Made by a program: the position numbers and the translations under genes
The notes under the pieces: generated by a model
Databases searched by the model: none
What the model saw: only the letters and a program-made list of their open reading frames with translations
Told to the model about the DNA's origin: nothing
Shown: positions 51,300-62,347 of the stretch, in pieces
Layout of the letters: each line of letters starts with the position of its first letter
Numbering within the stretch: the first letter of the stretch is position 1
Source: Dicyema japonicum
Lineage: Eukaryota; Animalia; Dicyemida
Length of the DNA: 64,000 nucleotides
Assembly (NCBI GenBank): GCA_011109175.1
Contig: RDEW01000062.1
Location: forward strand, 62,001-126,000
Reading direction: 5' to 3'

Positions 51300-52350
51300 A
51301 ATTATGCCAATCCCTGACTAACTTTATTCGCTCTGGATTTCTGTGCAAGCCAAGACACCAGAAAACTGTGTCATGCTCACTGTATGTCCACAAAGCATTC
51401 GACTCTGTGCCGAGGAAGAACCTAACATGGAAAATTTACCAATCAGATATCCCTGAAAACCTCAAACGCTGGCTGATGAACTTCCTTAGCGAACGAAGAG
51501 ATAGAGTGTGCATTGGAAGCATTCATTCTGTCTCCCGTTTATTCTCAGGGCTCGCCGCTATCACCATTACTATTCAACCTGTTTACGGCTGACATTCCGA
51601 CGCCGAATGGAGAAGACGACCTGCTTCTGGCTCATGCAGACGATATCGTCTTAGCCTCATGGGATCAGAACACCTAAACAGCGACGGAAAAAATACAACA
51701 CCACATAGATCGACTACTCGAGTGGTTCAATGAAAATCGGATTTCAATCAATACCGAAAAATCTGTTACAACTCTCTATACCTCGGACAAAAGATTGTCG
51801 AACAGGACAATAGAAGTTACTGCGGAAAAAAGAGAATTGCCGTTCAGCAAATGGCAAAAAATATTGGGTCTGACTGACTTTCGATACGCACATGAACTTT
51901 TCGAGACATGTCACTAACGTGCTGAACAAATGTGAGAAGAAAATCAACATTCTGAAATGCCTAACTTGTCTATGGAAAATTGGACATCACCCTATAATAA
52001 AACGCTCTACTCACAGTACATCGAACCATGCATTTCATATGCGTGTACTTCATGGGGACACTAGCCTCTTATACGAACATCCAAAGAATCTCCGCAACCC
52101 AGAAAAGGCCTTCAAGCTAACAGAGAGATGGTACACAAGGGAAATTAAATCATGGTACACATTAAATCACCGACGCCCATGGAGAAACTAATCGAAAAAA
52201 ACAAGAATGGACACCAATGCCAAAAGAAAGTGCTCGTCCGCAACGAACTTGTGTAGGCTCAAGGGATCAACACCGAGAGATGAGAGCCTATATCCAATTC
52301 GTCGGGATCACTTAGTTTAGTTTTTTCGGTTTAACAGTGGTCTTTGGAAT
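51300..52350 (+). mobile_element. APE-LINE RT/3' fragment
   Basis: KAFDSV, WLMNFLSER and HADD motifs; 3' hairpin GGGATCACT...AGTGGTCTT. Confidence 0.75.
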
Positions 52351-52599
52351 TTAATTTAATTTTTAATGCCAATCCTAGTAAGTGTTCAAAAATCTGGAGG
52401 TGTTCTAAAAACCGAGGTGAGGTTTACTCCAAATCGTGGTTGGAGTGTAAAACAATGTTAAATCGATATTGATGAGTGTTTATAAATAAAAAATTTCAAT
52501 AATCAATATAATTGACTAGATTATTTGGGAAATACAAATTTTAAAAATTTTATCTTACTTTTTTAAGATCAAACAATTTATTACGGAAAAAGTGAGCAA

Positions 52600-53110
52600 A
52601 AATTCATATAGCGGCCTGCGTGGCTATTCCCTTATTGAATTTAGTAGGATTAGATTTATTTTTTATAGGTAAGGCAACTGCCGGCTTTTAGCAAATCATG
52701 ATAGTCATCCTGAGAAGGAATTGTCACGCAATCAGGGCAGCCGTTGTATGACCCTTGGCTGACATTTCTTTGTTTTCAACTACTCTTTAAATCTTTTTGA
52801 AATAATTCAAAAATCTGCCTGGACTTTTCCTGCAGGAGAGATGGTGTATGCTAAAATAGTCGATCTGTTCTCCGCATCGGCACAGACTCGGCACACAAAC
52901 TTTTAATCCCAGTCGCAATGAGATCCCAATACGGACGCATTCATCATCCAGAAAGGTACCCAAAACTCCATTACGATAGGCGTTGAGCCAGGCACCGCTC
53001 TCGAAAGAAACTCCCGACAACAAACAGGCACGGCGATGTTGGTTAGATAACAAAATCAGATCTTCAAAAGACTTCCTGCATACAACATCGTCCAGAACTC
53101 GCTGAGAGTA
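52600..53110 (-). mobile_element. CRE-clade fragment
   Basis: SGAWLNA...LRLGLKVCVPSLCRCGE...HHLSC. Confidence 0.75.
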
Positions 53111-53164
53111 ATTCGATCAACTGTCCTCTTACTTATAACGAGGTTTTTGAATATATTGAGAAAT

Positions 53165-55952
53165 AAGGAAAGTTAACAACTAATTAAGTGTATCAAGTTC
53201 CAGAAACTAATTAAGTGTATCACTGTCATGACACAGAAACTGAGTCCTTCCAATGTCACTCAATTCCATCCAGAACCAGCATAAAAGATAGAAGACGTCC
53301 ATTCTTCGCAGTTGCGGGAATCCCTTCAATGGAACTGAGGGGAGCAAATTATCTTTTAGTGTCTCACCCTGGAATTGGACGTCACCTACTACAGGTGGAT
53401 CATGTGATGCCATTCTATTAAAAAAAGTCCTTTCCAAAAGATCTTGGATGGCCAGGACATTCCAGTTATGCTTTTTAGATGATTCCTGTGAAACAAGTCT
53501 AGCCTCTCCAATTCCTCTTTTGAGGTGGCCCAGGTCCCAGAGTTGTATAGGAGGGTTGGTTTGATGAAGGTGTCGTATAACATTATCCATTGTTTTATGT
53601 TATTCCCTTTCCGTTTTAGCCATAGGTTTTTTAGCCTGTGAAATGCCGCGTTTGCCATGGATTTTCTCCGAATGATATCTTCACTATCTCCTAATAGGGA
53701 GCCGAGTTTTTTGGTGTATCTCTAATTCTCTTCGAGTGAGTTATTCATCCGTCATATTTCTGTCCGTTCTGTTTTTTCCGTGTTCACGGTGAGAAACCAT
53801 TTCCCAAGTATATCTTGTGCTTTTTCTAGTACATGTTACAGGAGTTACTTGTATTCAGAGATTAGGTCGACATCATCAGCATAAATCACTTTTTCTATTT
53901 TTCCTTTGTATAATGGTCTCAGTTCCCTCATAGCGGCCTCCAAGTATATTGTGAATAGTAGCGGAGAGAGAGTCTCCTTGAGGAGTGCCTGTGTTTGGTT
54001 CAAACTTTCTTGAGTAGGTTTTTTCAACTCTCACAAGGAACTCTGTGTTAGATAGAAGGATTTGGATCATTCTTAGACTTGATTCGTCAATATACCCTTC
54101 CAGCATTGTTATCAATTTGTTCCTGTTAACCGAGTCAAAGTCTTTTGATTGATCTATTTCCAGAATTTGGGTGGCTTTGCAATATCTTTGATGTCTTGCA
54201 CATTTTCATCTGTGACTCCAGACTGCATCACCTGTTGATCTTCTTTCTTTAAACTCACTTTGACTTTCGGGTAGGTAGTCATAGGCGAGTCCTTTTATTC
54301 GTTCCAATACAATGTTAGCTAAGACTTTCCGTAGAGAATTTGATAATATAATAGGTCGTAAGTTTTCAACCGGTCTTTTGGGTTTATTGGGTTTTTGTAT
54401 AGGTATTAGTAATCCCCTTCCCAGGGGTAAAATTGAGTTAGTTGGAAACATTTCATTTAGTAGTGTAGCGATTTTTTTTCAAAAAGTGGGTCAGCGCCGT
54501 ATTTAAGTAATTCTGGGTTTATCATATCTGGTCCAGGGCTTCTGTTATTTCTTAGTTTTTGACATCCTGTTTTTACTTCCAAAATTGTAATTGGTTCTTT
54601 CAAGGGTCTTGGCTTTCCTTTTCACTATTCAGTATTGTCTTTCCATTTTTGTCTTTGATGATTATTCGTTCCTTCGGTTTGTGTGGCGTAGTAAACGAGC
54701 GGTTATATACATTTGTGAATTATCCTTTTGTTTGGTTACTTCATTAATTTTGCGAAGCAGTTCTTCTTGATGGAGTGTCTTGTTCAGTCTCCTGATTTTT
54801 CTACGGATTTGGTCCCTCTGAAGAGCTTTTCTCTTGTTATGGTCTTTTTCGTTTAGTTTTTTTGTATGGATTTCTTTTGGCTCCTTTGCTAACTCATTTG
54901 CTAGTTCTGTATGTATCTTCCGACCCATACTGGCCATCTCCCACGTGCCGAGGCACTGGCTTGCTGCTTCGTTCATTATATTCTTTGTGCGGTCCCACGA
55001 AATTCTTACAGTTAGGTCCTTCAGATGAGAGCAGATATATTTTTGGTAATTTTTGACTGTATCTGGAAGAGAGATCAGTTTTTCCGTTGCGTATCCATTT
55101 CTTGTATTCTCAATATTATTGTTTGTACTGTTGTTATGTTTCTTATGTTTGATAACATGTTTCGCCAGGCTAAAGGTGACAATAACCATTCTGTGATCGC
55201 TGACAGTTGTTGAACCTTTGAATGAGCGTGCGTTTATAAGAGAGCGTTTGTCGTTAATCCGGCATATAATAGAATCAATTTGGTTGTATATAGAGACTAG
55301 TTTTCCATCTGGGTTTCTTCGTTCGCCCATCCAAGTGGTTATGAAGCATGCACGATGAGAGAATGCGGTGTTGCACGAGAACAATTTGTTTGCCGTGCAG
55401 AAATGGCCAAGTATGCTCCCAGGCAAGTTTTTTTCCACGTCCGTGTCTTCCCATGAAAGTATATTCTGAGTTCTTTTTTGTTCCAATTTTCGCATTTAGA
55501 TACCAGCAATGAATATAAGTGAGGAGGACTCATATTCATAATACTTCTTTGATAATGCTGAGTAGAATTCATCCAGTTCCGTCGGGTTTTTTGCCACTCT
55601 TCCACAGTGTGGTGCATATACATTTATAATTGTTAGTTTAGTTTTAGGGGAACATTGGTTGTTCAGACGGATCTGTATTTCGCAGATCCTGTCATTCACC
55701 TTGCCAAATGCGACTGATGTCAGATGATAGTTTTCTGTGAATGGCGAATCCAAGACCATAGTGTTTTGAGTCACTGGGTAGGCATATTAGTCGATATTTT
55801 CAATGGTTTTCATCGAGATAGTACGTAATTTTCGTCTCTTGTATACAGCCAATAGAAACGTTATATCTTTCTAGGTCATCACAGAGAATATTTCTTGACT
55901 GAGGCTTAGATATTCCTCTAGCATTGAACGTAAGAAGCTTTAAGGCAAGCAT
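53165..55952 (-). mobile_element. Near full-length RTE-clade LINE (APE + RT), decayed
   Basis: Starts MLALKLLTFNARG...CIQETK; NVYAP, NQIDSI, SDH, LRPIIL, GTPQGD, YADD and LYDTFIKPTLLYNSGTW; stops and frameshifts throughout. Confidence 0.9.
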
Positions 55953-56101
55953 AATTTTTTGTATCTTCTCTTTAAAGACATTTTTCTTAACCGTTGCACA
56001 GAGAAGAAACGAGGCACGTCACCACCTCACCAAAAAAGTCTTCTGAAAGGAAAGTGCAATGTATTTTAGTAGTTTGTAAAGTTAAATATGTATAAATAAA
56101 A

Positions 56102-56572
56102 TGTCACAGTCCATACATGCGAGACGCCGTACATGCGAGATTCATCACAAAATACAAAAAAATTTCTCAGTAAAACTTTCATTGGAAAAAATTATTAAAA
56201 ATATTAAAATTACATATATTACATATTTTATTTAAAATATTAATTATGAAACATGTATCAGTTAACTACAAGTGATACCTTGGAAAAAATTAGGATCTAC
56301 TGTGTTACTGGTAAGATCGATAATTGCCCTGAATGGAGAGAACGGGCAAAAATCAAAAGATGGGCCGAACAATTCATTTTAAAAGATTTGAATTGATTAG
56401 AATTTGGTGTCATGTTGGTTTTCAAGTAATTTTTATAATCACAACTAAGGGTATAAAACTTATAAATTTTAATATCTAATGAATATTTAATTCAAAGAAT
56501 TCCAAAAATGTGATTTTTATTGAAAACTATGAATCTCTGATCTACGGCGTCTCGCATGTATGGACTGTGACA
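56102..56572. mobile_element. MITE with ~44-bp TIRs, TGT..ACA ends and 5-bp TSD
   Basis: TGTCACAGTCCATACATGCGAGACGCCGTA is inverted at both ends; TAAAA flanks both sides. Confidence 0.75.
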
Positions 56573-56619
56573 TAAAATAATATATTCTTAATAATATAAA
56601 ATATTTAAAAAAATTATTT

Positions 56620-56890
56620 ACATCGAAACGAGGAGGACCCTGAAGATCGCAGAATGGTAGGGAACGTCGAACGGTTCTCTTCCATGCAGAACTTGCGCTG
56701 AGCACCATCACAACAACAGGTGAACCGCATGACGCCACGCTAAAATTATCTACTTTTGCACAATTACACACTTCCTAAAGACGAAGCTTTCTCCTCCCCG
56801 GGACCTTAGTGAACATCAGAGACCTGTGGAAGCGTCCAGCACTAGCTGCTGGAGGACAGTCGACAAGGGAGGGGTTAACAACTAACTAAT
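56620..56890 (+). mobile_element. LINE 3' fragment
   Basis: RDLWKRPALAA C-terminal motif and a short (AACT)n-like tail. Confidence 0.4.
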
Positions 56891-57133
56891 ATTGGCATTA
56901 ATCTAATTGTAGACTCAATTTTAGTAAATTATCGCTAAGTAGTAGTTCAAGTCTATTCATGCTGTTAAATAGGCCCTGTTTTTATAGTCAATATTTTTTC
57001 TATTGTAATTTATAATAATTCGTAACCATCGATCGATTTATTATCGTTGAAAATTTCATTTAAATTCGTTCGTTGTCGCTCAATATTATTTGTGCCGCAT
57101 AGTTATAGTTGCGCATATAACTTGTTTGATACC

Positions 57134-57898
57134 ATGGAAGAAAACGAAGATAGTTTTGCTGAGGCTTGCACTCCCTTTGTGGTTTACGTATGTGGAGAAC
57201 AGCATGGAAATGTCTACTCACCTTCACCCGTAGATATGCAAATTGCGGCTTTCTGCTCTTTAAAAGCTGATTGTAACAATATTGATTATAAAATAATTCC
57301 GACTACAAAAGCTTGTCCTTTAGAATCATTCAGATTGCTTAATGTCCAGTTAATGTTCCCAACGTTTACAAATAAATTCAAGACTTATCAGAACATTGAG
57401 GAGATCATTCATTACTTTGACTTTCACTTTGAAAATCCTGACCTTTCATATGATCGGAATTGCAAAGCCGCGGATGTTACCAAAAACCTTCTGATTAATT
57501 TTTGTCACTACATAAAGAACTATCCAAACGGCCAGTTGACAAAGTTGACGAGCATTTTCAAAAAAATTGAAGACATCATAATGGAGAATGGACAAAAGTA
57601 TTTAACTTCTGACCACCTGACACTTTTGGATTTGAATATTCTATGCAAATTGTACCACATTGTTGTATGCATGAAAATGTTTCTTGATATAAAAATTTTA
57701 AACGACTTTCCGTATGTGTCCAGATATTTGACTGATGGTTTTTCCCAAAAAATCATTTCTCGAGTTTGTCCCTCAAATAATGGCATCTTTTATTTTTGGA
57801 AGGACAAGGTAAGCCCCGATCTAGTTACTAATAATGTAACTAGAAAATATGTTAACGACGTTGAAAAAATGTATGAAACGGGAGAGTATCTACAGTAA
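57134..57898 (+). CDS. CLIC: Chloride intracellular channel (CLIC/EXC-4-like), intronless
   Basis: GST-like CLIC fold motifs KYLTSDHLTLLDLNILCKLYHI, FPYVSRYL and CPSNNGIFYFW; 254 aa. Confidence 0.8.
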   Translation: MEENEDSFAEACTPFVVYVCGEQHGNVYSPSPVDMQIAAFCSLKADCNNIDYKIIPTTKACPLESFRLLNVQLMFPTFTNKFKTYQNIEEIIHYFDFHFENPDLSYDRNCKAADVTKNLLINFCHYIKNYPNGQLTKLTSIFKKIEDIIMENGQKYLTSDHLTLLDLNILCKLYHIVVCMKMFLDIKILNDFPYVSRYLTDGFSQKIISRVCPSNNGIFYFWKDKVSPDLVTNNVTRKYVNDVEKMYETGEYLQ

Positions 57899-58039
57899 TT
57901 GGAATTTTAGCTAACTTTATTTTTCCTAAAAAATAATGACTTTAATGCGTTGATCGAATTAAAAAATAATTTAATTAAAACGATCAACCTAGAAAATACA
58001 AATGACCTAGATGTCCTTAGAAAAAATCACCTTCTCAAA

Positions 58040-58335
58040 GAGAATCTAACATGGGAGTCTTCATCTCCTACTATACGATAAGTATGGTGGATAATACCAG
58101 AATCCAAATAAATGGACAATGTTGTCCGAACCTCGGTGTTAGTCAAGCACAATAAATAGGACATTGTGGTACACAATAAGGAGTCTGGGCAACTCCCTAA
58201 TCATAGAAGTAGACATATGTCTCATAACCGTTTGCAAACTGTGGAGATAGAGAAAAAAGGAAATATGGCATCCTTGAAAACGAGATGGGACAGATACTTG
58301 GTTGCAAGGTCCCCGTTATTCCAATAGTAAGGCAG
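58040..58335 (+). mobile_element. Second R4/Dong-like RLE fragment
   Basis: KHNK.DIVV...IIEV...LQTVEIEKK.KYGILENEMG...VIPIV. Confidence 0.65.
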
Positions 58336-58479
58336 GCGAGGAAGGTTATTAATAGGGTTTCCCGACGTTAACGACACTTTCCTGACCAATAGCGTAACTT
58401 TCTAATCATTAACATTGAAATAATGTCACATATAGTTTTTGAATAAAAGAACATTTTAAAACTCGAAATGAGGTAGGAA

Positions 58480-58810
58480 TTTCAGTATCCTAAAGAGCTG
58501 TTTCAGGATCTTCTACTTATAATTCTGTACGGGTGATCAAACCCAGAAATTGCATCAATGACTAACGTCGGTAATTGCATCAATGACTAATTTTTCTTGA
58601 ATCCTTAAAAATCTTTGTTATGAAGAGGGAGTTGAAGACCCGATATTTATCTTCGATGATGCCTGTATTCTTCATTATAAGGACATTAAAGAATTTTTTA
58701 AAATAGTAAACCTACTTGATCCACTATCCCTTTCTCGCCCTTTTTCAATCCAATTGAGAATTTATTCAGCACAAGGAAAAACTATGTTTCCAGAGGAAGG
58801 GCTAAAAATG
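58480..58810 (+). mobile_element. Tc1/IS630-type DDE transposase fragment
   Basis: IFIFDDAC and PFSPFFNPIENLFS motifs. Confidence 0.6.
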
Positions 58811-59184
58811 AGAAAATTAAAAAAAAATTTGTTTTTACCCTTAAATTTTTAGGAGACTATGACCATTGTTCCATGTTGACTCCAGTGACGAGGAATCTAC
58901 TATCAGATAAAAAAGACCCAATGAATTTATTAAATTTAACCACGTGCCTCTTATCTTATGCAAAAATGGCATTAATAGGGTCAAATTACGTCTTAAGTTA
59001 ACTGTAATCCTTAAATTGACATTTCGTTCAAATTTGATTTTTCTACAAGAAGGTCAAGTCGAAGTACTCTGATGTTCTATTATCCGACAATGTAAATCTC
59101 CACTTTAAAAATATTGTGTTCTTATAATTAGTAAGAAGTATAAATTAGCATAACAACCATAATTTAACATTGTCATTCAAGTTG

Positions 59185-59295
59185 AGTGCTGGCCGTTTTT
59201 TTGACATGCCTGTCTCAACCTGACGTTAAAAAATGAACTTTCCTCTGCTGGCCATCCTGCCTTTTGGAGCCCACTGGTCTCTCCGGAACAACTGT
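59185..59295 (+). mobile_element. CRE-clade fragment
   Basis: LSSAGHPA.LEPTGLS. Confidence 0.5.
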
Positions 59296-59449
59296 AAAAG
59301 CTATAAAAAAGTGCATTTTTATAAATACTTTCCAAGTAGACATCATGCTTTTAGGCAAATAAACGCTGGAACGTGGTGTTAATTAGGCATAAAACGTGCT
59401 ATGTGGTTGGTTGAATGTCACGTAACTCACCAAACTGGAGACATTTTAA

Positions 59450-59592
59450 AGAAAATAGTTACACTGCCCCTATCCTACAAGGATGGACTGACAAAGACGG
59501 ACTGTCTTTGTGTGAGGACGTCGAATCGAACCCCGGACCTTAAAGATCATTCAAATAAATATAAACGGGATCAAATTTAAAATTATCGAACT
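59450..59592 (+). mobile_element. LINE ORF2 5' end: 2A-like peptide + APE start
   Basis: GWTDKDGLSLCEDVESNPGP, then after a 1-nt shift LKIIQININGIK. Confidence 0.7.
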
Positions 59593-59712
59593 CACCTGGT
59601 GGAAGGTTTCACCCATCTACAATGGCAAAAGGGTTTGACGAATAAGGTGTGAGTCCTGCCTATGCGGAGCTATAAATATTATGGCTCTCGTGAAAAGGCT
59701 ATTATTATTAGG
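59592..59712 (+). mobile_element. 5'-truncated SINE variant
   Basis: TCACCTGGTGGAAGGTT...GGGTTTGACGA shared with the SINE at 48272; alternative 3' part shared with 28740-28770; (TAT)n tail. Confidence 0.55.
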
Positions 59713-59839
59713 TCAACTTATTAGGTCAATATTTAAATAAAAATTTAAATAATATGTCACTGCCCTTACTTGGTATCGACCCACACAATGGTCATGATTT
59801 TAATCATTTAAAAAAATAATTATATATTTTTGTTCGTTA

Positions 59840-60305
59840 TTGGATAAGGATTACATAGTGCTCTCAAAAAAAATTTAGAGACCAAAATGGTGCCCTTGCC
59901 ACGATTTATGAACAATTTATCCGACCCACGATGACGTATGCAAGTCCTTCGTGGGCAATGCAGATTTCACGATCCTTCAGATTGAAACTATCGGCAATCT
60001 AGGAGATCGCAAAAGGATTATTGACCAGAACACAAAATCTAGCCCATTGAAAATCTTTTAATCGAATTACAACGGAAAGTCTTTAAGCTGGCTAGTTCAT
60101 CGAGCTCTCCTCTATTCCATACACTATCGAAATATCTATAATCATATAGAAATGTGAGCCGATGCCATGTCCAATGAGAAGAGCTGTTCAGGATTCTCGA
60201 CTCCACCAGACTCGTCTTTTCCCTTGTCGGTCTGGAATCACTTTAGTTAGTTGAGAACCTTTTATTTATTTCTCTTTGACCCAGTGATCCTGGAGGTAAT
60301 AATAA
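59840..60305 (+). mobile_element. APE-LINE 3' fragment with hairpin + TAA tail
   Basis: YEQFIRPTMTYASPSW; ends ...RSGIT. Confidence 0.75.
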
Positions 60306-61019
60306 ATAAACGCTGTAAAGTTTTAGAGGCACAATTCATTATCGATATCATAAAACGTGCACTTAAAATGGTTTATAACCAGTCAATGGTGAAGCTTTTT
60401 GTCTAGATTAGTGGTTCTCAACCTGGGTTCTGCAGTGACATCCTGAGAACCATCTGTGACCTCTAAAGAACACTGATGAGAATACCATTTTTGGCAATAG
60501 ACCGAACCTGGACAAAAAGTATACATGACTTGGTGTCCATTGGCCCTCGAAGACAACAAAATACAGGAGTGCAGATCTCCTGAGATTAGCGGTTCAAAAC
60601 TGGTGCTCCGTACGACCGTCAAAGTGGAAATTGCGCACCTACGATGTGCATACCATTACAAACTAATCCACGATCTCTTTGCTTGCCCTGAATCATCAGA
60701 GCTCGATGTATTAAAGATGGATCGCCCCGTAACTCAGACGAACTTTGATTTTTATGGCATCTATCCAAAAAGTAAATGGACCCTACAAGAAGTATACTTA
60801 TGAAATTCATCATTCGATGTATTGCCTGCAGTAAGTTTTTAGAATAGAGTGATTTCGGGTTTTTCACATTTCTGAGAGACTGTTTAGTACGCATCTTGCC
60901 ACCAATACATTGGTTTTTTGCATTTTTGTTTAATTGGTTAAATAAAAGGTAGTTTTAAAACATTTTTTTAGTATTTTTTATTTATGTGAATCGAATTGAA
61001 TATATATTTACTAAAACCT

Positions 61020-61115
61020 TCGAGCAGGACCTCGTTCTTTCCCGTTTTTGATTTTTCTGCCTTCTCAGTAGCAGAACAGGCTCCAGAGGCACTTTGATGT
61101 TGGTTGCAAAGGACG
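61020..61115 (-). mobile_element. CRE-clade fragment
   Basis: DITYTCVLCN/ATEKAEK segment similar to 31970-32060. Confidence 0.45.
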
Positions 61116-62347
61116 CATGTATAGGTGATGTCTATGGATCATAATTTTACACTGAGATTATATTGTTATCTTTTTTCTTTATTGCTTTGAGAATTTTATC
61201 ATATTTATTTCTTATCTCTCAATTTTAATATTCCGACAGACTTGTAATGGATTCTCCATTATATGATAATTCTCATGGATGATGCACCATTATCATTGAT
61301 AATTAAGTTTTATTTGCGGTCAAAATTCAAAACATTAAATTTAATGTTTATTTTGAGACTTTGTTTTCATTCTCTTTGATGTTTTTTTAATATTCTCATT
61401 TAGACCTTAACTTTTTAAATATTAATTTTAGCAATAATCACATGAAAAATCAGTAAAATAAAAAAATCATTAAAATTATCAAATTTTCTTAAATCTTTGT
61501 TTTTCGATTATCTAAAGATATATTTATTAACGAAGGTTGGGTCTATTCCTTTGCTAGCTGTGGGTAGATGTTTTCTATAGAGTTCATGAATCAAAACCGA
61601 TCAAATGGATATTTGAGTTGGTCTCCATGACAATAGTTAGAAAAAAATGACTCAACTCCCGTCTCTATGTTTGTGGGTAAGGAGATTTCGACTCTGTAGT
61701 TTGAAATGATATGAAAAATTCAAAAGACTACGGTAATACCAACCTAACTACTCACGTGATCCCGGCTCACGTTAAGTGAGCAATGCCATCACATAGATAA
61801 GCCGCGAACATTTTTTGAAAATTGCAGTAACCAAAAGAAACATTACTCATTTTAGTTGCTAAAGGAATGATTAAACTTAAATGCTAAGATAAAAATATCG
61901 ATTTCAATAAATAATCTTAGTACAGCAAATCAATGGTCACTTTTCCACATTATTTTTTATAGAATCATATAATTCTATATGTCCCGCTCTCGGATGTTCC
62001 CGGTTACCAATCTTTTACACCCTCTTCTGTTCGAAGCTAGACTCCTTAGAGTACCATGGTCCGCAGTGATTTCTTTACCAGCATAACATGTAATCTTAAT
62101 CAAATTTCAATATAAAAGATTAAAATCGTAAATATCCATTATTCAGCTGATTTCAAATAACTAATCGATAACACATCAGTCAAAATAGACAATATGGGTC
62201 TTTTCAGCTTTACTTCAATGTGTTAAATTACCATAATCTCATTAAATCTTGTTGAGATAAGGGATAATTGTCTTTTAATTGCTTCATTTATCGTTGTAAC
62301 GCTGAAATATAATCCAACAATTGTTATTTTGAATAGTCGAGTATTCA

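Noticed and set aside
60330-60900. Protein-coding gene
   Set aside because: Short overlapping ORFs on both strands, with no recognisable domain or splice pattern.
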